Source of the DNA: Vitrella brassicaformis CCMP3155
Taxonomy: Eukaryota; Protista; Chromerida
Assembly: GCA_001179505.1 (NCBI GenBank)
Contig: CDMY01000277.1
Coordinates: 62,001-126,000, forward strand
Direction of reading: 5' to 3'
Length of the DNA stretch: 64,000 nt
Below, in pieces: positions 30,043 through 44,744 of this stretch. The notes under the pieces are model-generated. The model made no database searches and was not told the DNA's origin. It saw only the letters and a list, made by a program, of their open reading frames with translations. Position numbers and translations under genes: made by a program. The stretch's first letter is position 1; the number at the start of each line of letters is the position of its first letter.

Positions 30043-32305
30043 ATGGAGCCGGTCTGTGAATCCACCATCGATGAAGTCATCGTTGATACAGAACACACCG
30101 CCTCTCCAAATTGCGCCTCTCAACCAATTGCGCTCAGCGACGAGAGCACGGGCGCGACTGCTGCCGTGGAGACCTGTTCAGAGAAGGGGGCTGAGGACAA
30201 TGAGGGCGGAAAAGAACACGGGCAGCCAATGCGGAGGGAGGAGACCGAGCTGGCGGCCATAGTAGCTGAGTTTCGACTCTGTGCGGGACCTGCAGCCTCC
30301 TTTCAGGAGTTTGAGACTCACTTACGCTATGAGGGAGATTCTTTTGTTGGTGCTGTCTTCACCTTGGAGCCCTTTTGGAAGACAGTGAGGCGGACGGCAA
30401 AGGTGCTCGCCTTCCAAGTGGCCGCTGCGGCAACTATCGCGTTTCCCTGGGCTCTGGTTTGGGTCGGGTACTTCTGGTTTTGTGCGAGAGGACCGTGGAT
30501 TGTGCTTGATGTATCTCGCCGCATTGTTGTTGACCTATGCTTTGCCGCTATGATGCTGTTTGCGGCTGAGGGCAGCTTTCGTGGGGCCCTCTATCGCTTG
30601 AAGACGACATGGCCTTTCTTCGCTCCTTCATTCATCCTACACGTCGGTGCGGGGGCGGTGTTCTTCAATGTGGAGGCCTTGTGGCCTTACCGCCTTATAA
30701 TCACAGGTTGTTCCTATGTGTCCGCAGGGATTGTCCTGCCAGTCATGTAAGAAAGGGAACATATGAAGGATGGTCTACAGAAAAGTGGCAGCTCATGTCA
30801 TATTTTCTTGTGTTGCATGCAGGGTCTTTCGCCAAGTGGCCCTGACATCGACGACAGTCGTGAGGAAGCGGCTTTATGTCCTCCAAATGACGCTCATCTT
30901 TTTCTTCAGTATGGCTTTTTCATACTGCGGTCGTCTTTTTTTCTTCCCTCTTTTCCGAGACATAGCGAGAGATCGCGGAAAGAAAAAAATTGTCGTCATC
31001 AGTTGGTTGTTCGCAATGTCGCCTCTTCTTGCACTCCGTTAGGCAGCATAGTCTTATCGTAGCCTCATCCTGTGCCTTCGAATTGTGCGTCTTGTAGTGA
31101 CGGCGTTAGTCCGCTCATTGCGCGACGGTCCTGCGCTGCAATCGGGTCCAGCAATCTCGTTCGGGGTGGTTGTGTTCAGTTTCTTCCCAAGAATGATGCA
31201 GGCCAAGACGCAGCATCTGTCATCTCAGGTAAAAGATGCATGCAAACCGCACGCTTCGGTCATTTTCTTTTCTTTTTTTAACCCTCGGTGTGTGTCCACG
31301 TGTTCTCTCAGGTTTTGACTTCGCTAATCCTCGCCTCGTTCGACTTATTGACAGACTTGGCAATTCCATATTGTGAGCACACAGTATACGTACATGAGAA
31401 CGATTAGCGATAATGGCCCGATCCATGCTTTCTGTCTGTCTGTCTGTCTGTCTATGTGTGTAGTGGTGGTTGTTGGCGGCATAGCTAAGAGAGCTTTAAT
31501 GCAATGCCTCGTCTCATTCAAAGCACGGAGGAAAGTCCGGCATCAGCACTCAAACGAGATGCTCGATACCGTTACTGGCGATGGCACCGACCACACAGAA
31601 AGACCGAACGTCATAAAGCAGCCGCCGGCTGTACTGCTCAGCCGTCTGTCCACTACTGTAATGAGCTTCTACACGAGAAGTCGTACAAGCGCCAGCACTC
31701 TTTTCAGCCGCCAATTGCTGAGGTCCTTGAGCTCGTTTCTCGATGTCCCCACACGAGTTGTCCAATTCAAGCTTCACCCGATATTCCTCAGAAGACTCAG
31801 CGACGTAAGGGAGGAGCATGTGAATTTCCTTCATACATTCAAATCCCACGTCTCCCCCCTGTTCTGGCTGATTTCCGTCGATGGACGATAAATGCAGCAG
31901 ATGCACGCTTACGGCTTGGTGGAACTCACGGTTCTCATTCTCACAAACCTGTGCATCATCACCCGCGACCAGGTGCTGTCTCCATCGGTTCGGCAGCTGC
32001 TTGAACGAGTTGCCGGTCTGCTGATCATAGTGCTTATCGAGGTGGTCTTTGAGGGCGTACTTTTCGTTTGGCTGGTCCGGTCCGCCAATTTGCCCCTCCT
32101 TAGAAGCATGGCGGAGCCCGGTGTTATGAAAATGCATATAGCCGGGATGGCAACCGCCGGCGGCATATTCATTATACGTTCAGGGCCATACTTTGTGCTT
32201 TTTCTCTTGAGTGCTGTGGATGAAAGCAGATACGAACGAATTGGGACGACGCAAGACTTCTGCCCCAACCACTGGACCGTACTAGATATAGGAGACCCCC
32301 TATGA
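30043..32305 (+). CDS. Uncharacterised multipass membrane protein (about 8-10 TM), multi-exon
   Basis: Phase-consistent exons (30043-30746, 30823-31037, 31098-~31229, ~31313-31372, then 3' exons) with many hydrophobic helices, e.g. VLAFQVAAAATIAFPWALVWVGYFW and VAGLLIIVLIEVVFEGVLFVWLVRSANLPLL. The frame is also open from an upstream ATG at 29932. Confidence 0.7.
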
Positions 32306-33365
32306 GTGGGTCGGACATAAAGTTTCTGGTATGTTAGCGTGCTATCGGTGATTTAGGCGATTCTCGAGATGTCCAATTTCTCAAGTGACTGGCTGGAATG
32401 ATCTTGTGGAGCAAATGTGCGAGAGAGGGAGGGCGTGCTTGATGGATGCTGCGCGTGGAGACACTGACACATACTGTGACGGTGACATCCACACAGCCGC
32501 TGTGGGGTCACTGACGTGTCATGTCTCGATTTTTGGGCTGACTGACAAAGCCAAGGGGCGGCGCAGATGTGTGTCTTGCTCTATCAGTGTGTGCGCATCA
32601 ACAAGATTGTTGCCTGTCTGGATGTTCATGACATTGGATGTGATCGGAGGCAATGCAATTTGAAGAGGATGGTGTCGAGTGGTGAATTGTCTCTTACTTC
32701 GTTTCGAATCTCTCCCACACCACAGAGGACGGGGAACATGTGACGGAGGGCCGTCTGGTTCATCGTGTGTGAATCGGGTGCTGTGTGTCTGTGGCTGTGA
32801 TGATGTGTCTCACTCATCAGCAACTGACGCGATTTCTCACATGTGTCCAGTCAGCTGATCAAAGCAAGCTGACACGCAGATGCACAACAGACCCTTCACG
32901 GATGGACTCTTCATATAAGTCAACCCATGCACACCCACAGACGTCCACCTGAGAGGCCAGCGAGTCTTCGAGGCCTCAATCTGCCACCCATGTGGCCCAC
33001 ACCCCCACACCTCACCTCCACACCTAATCTGCCTGTCCACTCCTTTCATTTCACTGCATTGCCAGCCATCAGCCGTCAGCCGTCGCCCGTCGCCCACCCA
33101 CCCCCCCTACACACACGCACAAACAAACAGATTGGCCTGGGCACTCACTTAGCAAACACACTTAGGAAACGCGAAAAAGTGACTGATGGGGGTGAAACCC
33201 CATCAATCATCAACCATGCAAACTGCCCGCCCACTCTTTCGTTACCATTCCGCGACATTACACACAATTCCATCACAGCACACGACACGCATAATGCAAC
33301 CATGGGCAGACTAAAAAGTGACCGAATCAATTGGCCGGCCACCCATCCGTCCCTTAGTCAGTCAG

Positions 33366-35657
<2,292 letters not shown>

Positions 35658-35819
35658 GGGAAAGTAGTCTGCCGGCATAATCGAGTTGTTGGAGTCGGGG
35701 GCGTGCACCAAGACAGAATGTGTGCTCGCGATGTGTTCGAATTGCTGTGGGTTTCCTTCTCCCTCAAAGAGGAAGATCGCGGTGGCTTCAAGCTCGCAAT
35801 CTCTGCCCGCTTACGTACC

Positions 35820-37155
35820 ATGGAAATGTGGCGACGCATTCGACGTAAGTGCACACACGAATTGTGCCATGAATGGACGAGCCTGCAACGGTCCGTCTGT
35901 CGCCTGTCTGTTTGCCTCTCCGTGTGTGTCGCAAGCAGATCAGCTCAACAACGGGAAGTTCTACTTTGTCGGGTACATCCTCTCTCTGTGCCTGGCGGTG
36001 CCTCTCACGCTGTACGCCCTGCTCAGTCATGAATGGGTAACATGCAGCCCGAATGAATAGCATGCCTGCATGCCGTCTGTCTGTGTGGTTTTTGCAATGG
36101 CTGTCGTCTGTGTGTTCCTCGGCGGCTCCACAGAAGCTGACGGTGAGGGAGGGAGGGAGGGAGGGAGAGGGGCAAGAGTTGAGGACGTTCTTGTGTGGTT
36201 GGTGTGCAGGGGGGAGGCGGCACGAGAGCGGGGTTGCTGTTCATCGACGGTAGGGACATCTTCACAAGTGTCGACGGCAGGCAGTCCCAATGGTACGTGT
36301 CCTTCCTCGCCGACACCAACTGCAGGAATGCACGGACGCAGAAACTCGACCCGGGTCAGTCTAAAGACATACAGACGATACAGGACACAGACGAGGGCCT
36401 CCCCTCTTCTCCGGGCTGCCTTGCCTGCAGATTTCGCTATCTGTGAGGACGCCTACTGGCTGTCGAAAGGAGGCATGATTGCCTTTGGGACGTCTCTGGC
36501 GGCGCTGGTGGGCGCCCTTGTGGTGCTCGTGGTGGACGGGCTGTCCTTTTTCTCGTTACGCTTTGGCGCCCCGCTGCTGAGCGAGCCCATCACACACACG
36601 GGCGTGTGGAAAAAGCTGCCGCAGGTATACAGGTGGATGACAGACAGACACCACACACACGGATGGATGGATGGGTGGGTGGGTGGGTGGGTGGGTGGAC
36701 GGATTGGGGGGTGCAGATGTTGCTTCAATGCTCCAGCTGGATACTGCTGGCTGGCTACGTCTTGTTCCTCGAGCTCACCTTCGGGGCCATGAGCATCACG
36801 CAATACGGACGCGGGCTGTGGACGATGCTGCTTGGTGAGAGAGAAGAAGAGAAACTTTGTGTCGTTGGTGCTCTGCTCTCATTCCATTCCTCCATTTGGC
36901 TGGCTGACTGCCTGGCTGTGTGCAGGTGTGGCTTGCCTATCATTCTCGGCTGGCTTCCGAGGCAGGGCCCACCGCACACGCGCCCTCTCGACACATCAGC
37001 ATCAGTCCGATGGCCACCAGGGGCTGCTGGATATGGCCCCTGGTGGCCAACCACCGTACACCCATACATACGACCAGCCTCACGACCCCCCAGCTTCAGC
37101 TGCTGCTGCAACTAGACATGTGCCCTCTGGTGGAGAGCGGAGGGCCAAGCCAAAC
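35820..37155 (+). CDS. Claudin/PMP22-like 4-TM protein; no in-frame stop before the next putative ORF
   Basis: TM1 FYFVGYILSLCLAVPLTLYALL, loop HEW|GGGGTRAGLLF...TNC...AIC (W-GLx-C-C signature), TM2 GMIAFGTSLAALVGALVVLVVDGLSFF, TM3 MLLQCSSWILLAGYVLFL, TM4 YGRGLWTMLL|GVACLSFSAGF. Splice phases are consistent. Confidence 0.65.
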
Positions 37156-38149
37156 ATGATGAGCGGGATTGGGCTCGTTTGCTTTGCCGCTCTCACGTGC
37201 CTCGCGCGCGGCTTTCCGCACCAGAGACCTTACTGTCTGTCGCTCCGCCCTGGCCTCTCACGACATCGCGCCATCACGAGACCCAGCGACAGGCGTGTGG
37301 TGCTGCATCAGATGCCGCAGAAAGGCGAGAACGCATCCCAGGTATGTATGGACATACGAGGAGCTGTGGTGGATGATGCTCAATGCTGCCAACGGACATG
37401 TGTGTGTGTGTGTGATTGATTGATTGATTGATGCAGTCGTCAGCAGCGGCCGGCAATGAAACAGATGCGACGACAAGTGACTTGCAGGTATATACATGCA
37501 CACACACACACACACAAGAAAGCCTCTGCGGCACAATCCCTCCCCCCCTCCCTTGCTCCCTGGATGCCTGGATGTAGGTGCCCGTGATAGAGGGCGAGCC
37601 TTCCCCATTCCCCTTGTACTCAATTTTCCTCGAGGTGCGTGGCACATGCACATAAGCAAGTGTGTGTCCCTTCCTCACTCTCTCTGTGCACTGCATCTTA
37701 AAAGAAGGAAAGCTACCTGGACGACCTCAAGGTATGAGGGTGAGAACATGCACAGGTGAATGAGGGCATGGGGAGCGCTCTCTGTGCGGTGCATCTTAAG
37801 ATCGACAATCTCATCACGCTGATCTCGGCACACCGAACGCACTGTAAGGACGGCAGATCGTTTGTTGACTTCTATACAGACCTTTACCATGCCATCAAAG
37901 ACCCAACACAGAGGTATACAGACACACACAGAGACGCACACGCACACGCATGGGCAGCTTCACTGTGAGTGTGCCACATATGCGTGTGTGTATTGCCATC
38001 GTGATTTCCGTCAGTGTTCAAGGAGACGGCAGCCGCTGGGGTTTGTTCGTCCCGATGATTTGGCCCCGGTTTACCAGGCCCTGATGATATGCATCGCAGA
38101 CGACCTGGACATCGCATACGTACAGGAGGGCGTCGGATTTGACATCTAA
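37156..38149 (+). CDS. Hypothetical protein with signal/transit-like leader; may be a separate gene or the C-terminal part of the claudin-like gene
   Basis: MMSGIGLVCFAALTCLARGF...RPGLSRHRAITRPSDRR|SSAAAG...|ESYLDDLK|IDNLITLISAHRTHCKDGRSFVDFYTDLYHAIKDPTQ|RRRQPLGFVRPDDLAPVYQALMICIADDLDIAYVQEGVGFDI*. Phase-compatible GT-AG joins. Confidence 0.55.
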
Positions 38150-38561
38150 GTCCGGATTGGCCACCTATGTTTGAGGTGCTGCATGTAGTACTTCCCGGGG
38201 TCTTAGGGGGCACATGTAGCCGCCCCAGCCTCTGTGCCAGGAGGTGGTCGATGGCCATGAGGAAACGCGGGAACGTGCGCTGCAACTCGGGCAACTCAAC
38301 GGGCTGAACACACACAGCACACCACAGCATGTGCTGTGTGTTGTGAGATAGTGATGGGTCTGTGTGAGACTGGGCAACCAGTTTGTTTTCGACTGTGTGC
38401 AGATATGGTGATTTACATGAATGGAGAAAGCAACTGCATGCGATGAATGCAGCCAGCGAGACAGACAGACAGACCCCTTTTCGCTATACAACCAAAGTGT
38501 CACACAGCCCTATACAAATCCTCCCTCCCTCCGTGCCTGCCTGCCTGCCTGCCTCAATTTG

Positions 38562-39885
38562 TTAGTGAGCCCGCTGCCTGCCCCTGAGGCCACGGGTCAG
38601 CCGCAGCTCCTCGATGCGGCGCACCACACCGGCCAGAAGCTGCTCGTAGTCACCAATGCCTGAAATATACACACGCAGGTGCCTGCACCCCCTTGGCGTG
38701 TGCGTGCGGCCTGCATACTGTCAATGAGCCGCTGGTCGTCCACACTGGGCTCCAGCTCTCCCAGGTCGGCATCTCGCTTCAAGTCATTGATCTGCATGCA
38801 GTGAGTGATCTCATGCATGCATCGATAAACCACCAATTGCCAGCCAACCAGCCAGATGGCAGGTACCTGCTGAATTTTCCTGCGCAGGTCGCGCTCTTCC
38901 TCGCACAGACGTGTGATCCGGGCCTCGAAGTCCTGACCACACACACCGAGACAGACACCCAAGGGCACACCACAGCAGACGCATCCATCCATCCATCCAT
39001 CCATTCATTCATCCCAACAGGGCAGTGAGTGCGTGTGTTGCTTGCCTCGGGCGGCTGTTGGCCTCCCTCCCCCACCCTCTCACGGCCGCCGCACCCATAG
39101 CCGTACTCACTGCCGGCCGCTCCGTACATGCTGGGAGGGCCGTGTACCGATTCCTCAACTAACCAATGCACACAACACACAGAGGACAGCGTTTCTCAGC
39201 CAGCATATGCAGACGCGGACGGACGTCTCACCCACCTTCACTCTGGTCGTCCGCATCGCCACAGCCACCTGCCGCACGGCTGTTGCCGCTGCTCCCGCCC
39301 GCACCCGCACCCAACTCGCTCCACTCCCCGGTGGACGGCGCATTGCTGTGGTTGGTTCGGAAGGTGTCGATGTAGGATGCGGGCTCTGGTTTTCTGTCGG
39401 GGCAGGTGCGCTCGTGCCGCTCCATCTCAGTATCATTCCAGGCCACTGCACCACACACAGACACAGACGTAGACACAGGTGGGGTACGTTTTGCAATGGA
39501 TGGACATCATGGACGGGCGGGGGATGCGTACGTACTGTGAAGGTCGTTGTACTGGCAGTACTTGAGCTGGTCCTTCATCTCCCGATACGCCGTGCACCTG
39601 TATTCGTAGTGCCGCCTGTCGCGCACACACACAGACACACACAAAGCACAGGTGCCGAGTGAATATTAAGCATGTGTGCCGGCGCGGGTGCTGTGTGCAC
39701 CGTAGCTTCGATTTGGGCACCAGGTGGCCGAAGAAACATTGTACTTTCTCCTCTGCAATGCACACATCCACACGACAGTGAGTGACACCAAAGGGATGGC
39801 AGCGCCTGCCTGCCTGCCTGCATTCAGCATGCAGCACACCTGTGTCGAGCTCATGCCCCTGCTTCTTCGGGCCAATCTCCACCAT
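38562..39885 (-). CDS. Tandem CHHC (U11-48K/GTSF1-type) zinc-finger protein with C-terminal coiled coil; 3' end uncertain (may extend to an exon at ~38160-38305)
   Basis: Spliced: MVEIGPKKQGHELDT|EEKVQCFFGHLVPKSKLR|RHYEYRCTAYREMKDQLKYCQYNDLH|MAWNDTEMERHERTCPDRKP. This gives two C-H-H-C fingers. Later exons give the coiled coil DFEARITRLCEEERDLRRKIQQ|INDLKR. Confidence 0.65.
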
Positions 39886-40071
39886 GACCATGCATACATA
39901 CATGCAGTACTCGATCATGCGATGGAAAATTGCAAAGGATAATAGAAGCGATGGACGACTGCACTGCCACCTCCCCTCATTCTCCACTTGAGGAGGGGAA
40001 GAGAGCGGTTCGAGGAAATTTGCGAGCTTTGCCGAACAAACAAGCGGTTTTTTGAGCATTGTTGGCGCGCC

Positions 40072-43000
40072 ATGGCTGACACAGAGGTGAGAATCGTCAC
40101 ATGCGCAAGGTCATTGTGATCTCATCGTGATCTGTCTGTTTGTCTGTCTGCCTGTCTGCCATTGATGCAGGCTGGCGAGTTTTTGATAGAGGTGGGCAAG
40201 GAGCTCAATCGGACGCCAGAACAGATGCAGGGCATCATACAAAAGTGAGCAAGCGACGAACGAGCGGCAGTCAAAGAAAGATCCACAGCCGGTCGCGTGT
40301 TGGTTGCTGCGTGTGTTTGTGTCGTGTGCAGGGTGGTTGTCGACAACTGGTACGAGACCATTGGTAAGCCAATCACCGAACCATTCACACACACATATAT
40401 GGCTGCCATCTATTGACCACCAACCACACACGTGTCGGGTGTGACTGTGACTGTTCACTCAGAGTCTCTGCAGGAGGTGAGCGACGTGCAGTGGCAGACG
40501 ATGCAGCTCCCCGGCCGCCTCATCGACATCATCAAAGCCAAGCTAGCGCTACTCGCACCCCAACACCAGCACCTTTCCATCCCGCCCGTCCACCACCCAG
40601 TGGCACCCTCACCATCAGCCATGATGGACGTCGACCCCTCCTCCTCTGTGCCTCAGCCCGGCGCCATGGCCAGTGCCAACGCGCTGAGTCCGCCTGCCGG
40701 TTTGGGTCTGCCGCTGTCGATGCCGTCAATCCCGTCAGTGGCGGCCACGTGTGGGGACAGCGTGAGCTCGGTCAAGGAGTTCAACAGCAACGAGGACCGG
40801 GAGATGGAGGGCAGCGATGTCGAGAGGCTCACCACTGGTCAGTCACTCACACAGAGAGGGACAGAGAGAGGAGTAAACCAGGAGAAGAGAGGGGCGATGG
40901 TTCGTCAGCCGGCCGGCACGCACAGTTGTGTTGGGCTGTTTTGATGTTCTGTTTTCGCGTTTTCTGGTGTTGTGTGTGTTAGTTGAGTTTGCGCCACCGG
41001 AGGAGGTCAAGTTCCCCCTGCCCATCCTCTCCGCCACCGAGAAAATCAAACAGGAGGTAAGAGGGGCAGTCAGGATGGATAGAGTGACTCCGAGAGTCGT
41101 CACATGGCCAGCCGGGTGGGTGTCCACTATCAGGTTCCCGTCGACAAGATGCCAGGCGTGTTGATCACGCTCGGCCGGCTGCTCAACGGAGTGCTCGCGA
41201 GCCCCACAAACGAGAGCAAACGCAAAATACGAAAGGTGCGTACGCGTGGGGCGAAATGAAGTGGCAATGCACTCATTCACAGCATAGCCTGTCTGAGTGT
41301 TGGGTGTGTGTGTTGGTGGCCTCACCACCCACTCAGGAGAATGAGAATTTCCAAGCCAAAGTGGGCCAGTTCGCTGCAGGGGTGGCCTTCCTTCAATCGG
41401 TAGGAGCGTCTGTCTGTCGTGGATGTGCGCCATCTGTGTGCAATTGATTTGTGTCACCAACCAGGTCGGTTTCCAGGACGTCGGCGAGCACCTGATCCTG
41501 CCTGTGGCGTACCTCTCACGGTCAGCCAGGCAGTCACGCCATGCGCCATAGCCACATTGGCAGGTGTGCCGTGTTTGGTATGGTTGCTGCAGGCTGACTG
41601 ATGCGCACGGTGCGTTGACCGAGCTGGGCCGCGAGGCGGGCGTGACGGTTCCGCCCATACCCAACCCCACACCGGCTGACAAACACATCATGTAAGTGCG
41701 TGAGTGCGCTGCCCACACCCACACACGCGCCATAGACAACACACATACGAACACACACACACGTGCGTCAGGTTCAACCCCTATCAGTCGAGCATCACCT
41801 CTACCACGGCTGAGTTCAGGCAAGAGGGAGGCGGGGCGGGATGGATGGATGGATGTGTGGGTGTGTCGTGCCTTTGTGTTGCTGGGTGCCGTGCAGTCGG
41901 GTGCAGGGCAAGCTGGCCGAGAAGCGGTTTCACGAGGTCGACCAGATACGCGCTGAGCTCAAGCAAAAGAAAGAGGACATACGCGTAACTGAGCCACCCG
42001 AAGCCCACGCCACACTAGCTAGTGGCCCATGTGTGTGTGTGTGTGTGTGTGTGTGTGCCTCTGTGCCTCCGTCAGCGTGGCGGCGAAGGCGACACAGTGG
42101 AGCTGAGGCCTGTGGCCTTCCACCTCTCGCGTACACAAACAAGATCGCCACACCACCGACACCCACACTGTTCATCTTTCTCTGTGTGTGTTGGTGTGGT
42201 GTGTGCAGGTATGGGTCGTTTGGAGGATGCATTGAGTGCGGTGCAGCAGGAGCGTGAGCAGGAGGAAACCAACCCAGGGGAGGCCGGCGTGGCCCAGTCG
42301 GATATCGCCAAAATCAAGGAGGTCTGCGAGCGCTTCACAGGCTGCGCTTTGACATCACTGTGTGTGTGTGTCTCTGTGTGTGTGAGTTGTTAGAGTATGG
42401 GTGACGGTCCGCAGTTCAAGTCGCGTGCCAAGCAGGAGCTGGCCAAACTGAGCAAGCAGAAAGTCCACAGACAGGCAAGTGCATGTTGAGCGACTGACTG
42501 AGTGACCCTCTGCTCACCTGATTGATGCACACGTGTGTGTCGTGTGCGTGTGTGTGGCTGATGCAGTGCATACTGCGTGTGTTGTTCCCCGACAAGCTGG
42601 TGCTGCAGCTGCACTTCCGCCCCGTCGACACCATCGCACACGTGCAGCAGCAGATCAAGCAGGTACACACACACATTGCAACTGGGTGGATGGACGGATG
42701 GATGGATGGATGGACGCTCCCACGATTGTGTCTGTGTTCAGCTGTTACGTGAGGAGTGCAGGGATCTGCCGTGGTACATCTACGAGACCCCACCGATGCG
42801 CAAATTCACAGCTAGAAGGACGCTCCACGACGAGGTGCGCATAGCTGTCCGGCAGAAAGGGAGACACCCAGCGCAGGGGATCATTTGTCTTGGGTATCTC
42901 TGTCTGCAGGGTCTGGTCCCCGGTGCTATGGTGCACTTCGCCTTTGTTGGTGGGGAGGGAGGGAGGGAGGCGAGGAGTCGAATGGGTGTGTCGATTGATC

Positions 43001-43233
43001 CCTATCTCACGCATGGCATGTATCAGGTGCCGCCAACGGCTCTGCGGCCAACATCCCCCAGCCTCCTTACCTGCAAGCATCGCTCCTCACACACCTGACC
43101 ACCCAGACACAGCAGACACAGCAGCAGGTATGGGTGGATGTGCGCAAGCACTCACTGACTGACAAGGCAGGCAGGCAATGCTTCTGTTGACCATTCAGGC
43201 CACCAATGCGCCGAGCACATCGCCGTCGGAGTC

Positions 43234-43264
<31 letters not shown>

Positions 43265-43318
43265 AGTGGTGCTGCAGAGGCCGACCGGCCTGTGCTCAAC
43301 GGCACGGACAAGGACTAG
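40072..43318 (+). CDS. PUB plus UBX domain protein (UBXN6/UBXD1/PUX2-like p97 cofactor), multi-exon
   Basis: PUB: LITLGRLLNGVLASPTNESKRKIRK|ENENFQAKVGQFAAGVAFLQS|VGF. Linker FNPYQSSITST. UBX: LRVLFPDKLVLQLHFRPVDTIAHVQQQIKQ...WYIYETPP...TLHDE|GLVPGAMVHF. Confidence 0.85.
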
Positions 43319-43448
43319 AAACGCAGGCGGACAGACGGACGGACAAAAGTGTACAGGGAGAGAGAATGGGATGGCGGGTGGATCGATCGACGAACGGGAG
43401 CGTGTTCGTCCCTTTCTTCGCATGCGGACGGACATCATGAGTAGATGC

Positions 43449-43560
43449 ATGGGCAGGTGCGTACGTGTGCATGCAAATGGGGCCGGCCGCCCAGCTGTAG
43501 CGCAGCGTGCTGGCCATCCGTCTGCTGGGCGTTTTGTGGCGTGTTTTGGTTTGTCAAGCG
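43449..43560 (+). repeat. Dispersed repeat module A, copy 1 (direct copy at 46831-46942)
   Basis: atgggcaggtgcgtacgtgtgcatgca...gccgcccagctgtagcgcagcgtgctggccat...gcgttttgtggcgtgttttggtttgtcaa recurs with few substitutions. Confidence 0.9.
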
Positions 43561-43640
43561 GGTAAATGGGTCACCGCATAAACGAATCAGTTGCGTATGT
43601 GGGTCAACTCGGCTGAATCACTCTGCACACAGTCACGAAC

Positions 43641-43721
43641 GGGTCGGATAACCGGGTCACCTTCCCAAAGAGACCCATGGAGAAATACAGACATTTTGAT
43701 TGTCGTGTTCTGAGATGAACC
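43641..43721 (+). repeat. Dispersed repeat module B, copy 1 (inverted copy at ~49688-49760)
   Basis: gggtcggataaccgggtcacc...cccaaagagaccc...acagacattttgattgtc.tgttctgagatgaacc is the reverse complement of 49688-49760. Confidence 0.88.
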
Positions 43722-44041
43722 GTTCTCGATGGTGATTTGCATGCCAGCTCGTGTTTGTCCGCCAGGGTCACTTGCTGTTCGCAGAGCACCCAGAGAATTC
43801 TAATGGATTCCGTTTACGTACAAGTTTACTAGAGCGAGCTTTTTGTTTCAAGCGTACGCCGCTAACGCAAGTGTACGAGCACATGGGGGGTCAATGCTCA
43901 GGCGCTAACGCACACGTTAACACCGAGGCTGGAAGAGCTCATCGGAAAGAGATTCCATCTTCTTCATCGCTTTTCGCTGGTTGGTTGTCTTTTCGACGTT
44001 GCTCTCCACTCTTGCTCTGCCTCGCAGTCACCAACAACACG

Positions 44042-44744
44042 ATGATGGTCCGTGTGCTCGGCCTGGTTGTACTCGTCGCTCTCGCTGGCGTCGCCTCGTG
44101 CGACTTTGTGCGGAAGCTTGGGGAAAAGCCTGGTACGCTGCGCTTACACGTCATCATATGTCTGCTTGCTGTGATGTTCATGCACTCGTGCGTGCAGCTG
44201 ATGAGCCTGCGCCGGCCCAGTGCACGAAGCCCGCCTTCAGCACCCCATTCGCGGACTTCAAAAAACTCAACATCAATGACATCTTCGTGGCAGGGCCAAA
44301 CAGCGTCGTCAACGCCACCCTCCCCGCGAGCAAGATGAAGAAAAAAGAAAAGGTAACACACACGCAGGCGCGCAGGAGCCCACGCACACTCCGCACACTC
44401 ATGTGTGGATGCACTCATGCACATGATGCACGCGGGTGATGTCCCTTTGCGTATGTGCAGGGTGGTGATAAGCCGATGAAGCGTTGCGCTGCTCATTCGC
44501 GTGGTGATGAGCTGGCGACCCAGGAAGCGTACTTACTGGAAGAAGTCTGCACGGATTGGTAAGCATCTTGTCTCGACATGGAATGGCAGGCATCAAGCGC
44601 AGCGCGTGTGATGGTATGGTGTGTGCTTTTGCTTCCTCTTCGATCAGCTGGTGCTATTCTGTCGGCGTGATCGAAATTTGTGGCTATGCTTGCCTAGAGC
44701 TTTGGGACGACGGCGAGGTTTTCATAGCTGTGTACGACTGCTAG
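44042..44744 (+). CDS. Small secreted Cys-containing protein (~150 aa, 4 exons)
   Basis: Signal peptide MMVRVLGLVVLVALAGVASC, then ADEPAPAQCTKPAFSTPF...|GGDKPMKRCAAHSRGDE...EEVCTD|CWCYSVGVIEICGYACLELWDDGEVFIAVYDC*. Splice phases 1, 0, 2 are all consistent. Confidence 0.75.

Noticed and set aside
38160-38400. Minus-strand coding-like segment PVELPELQRTFPRFLMAIDHLL
   Set aside because: Probably an alternative or true last exon of the CHHC gene, but the junction could not be fixed, so it is not called as a separate gene.
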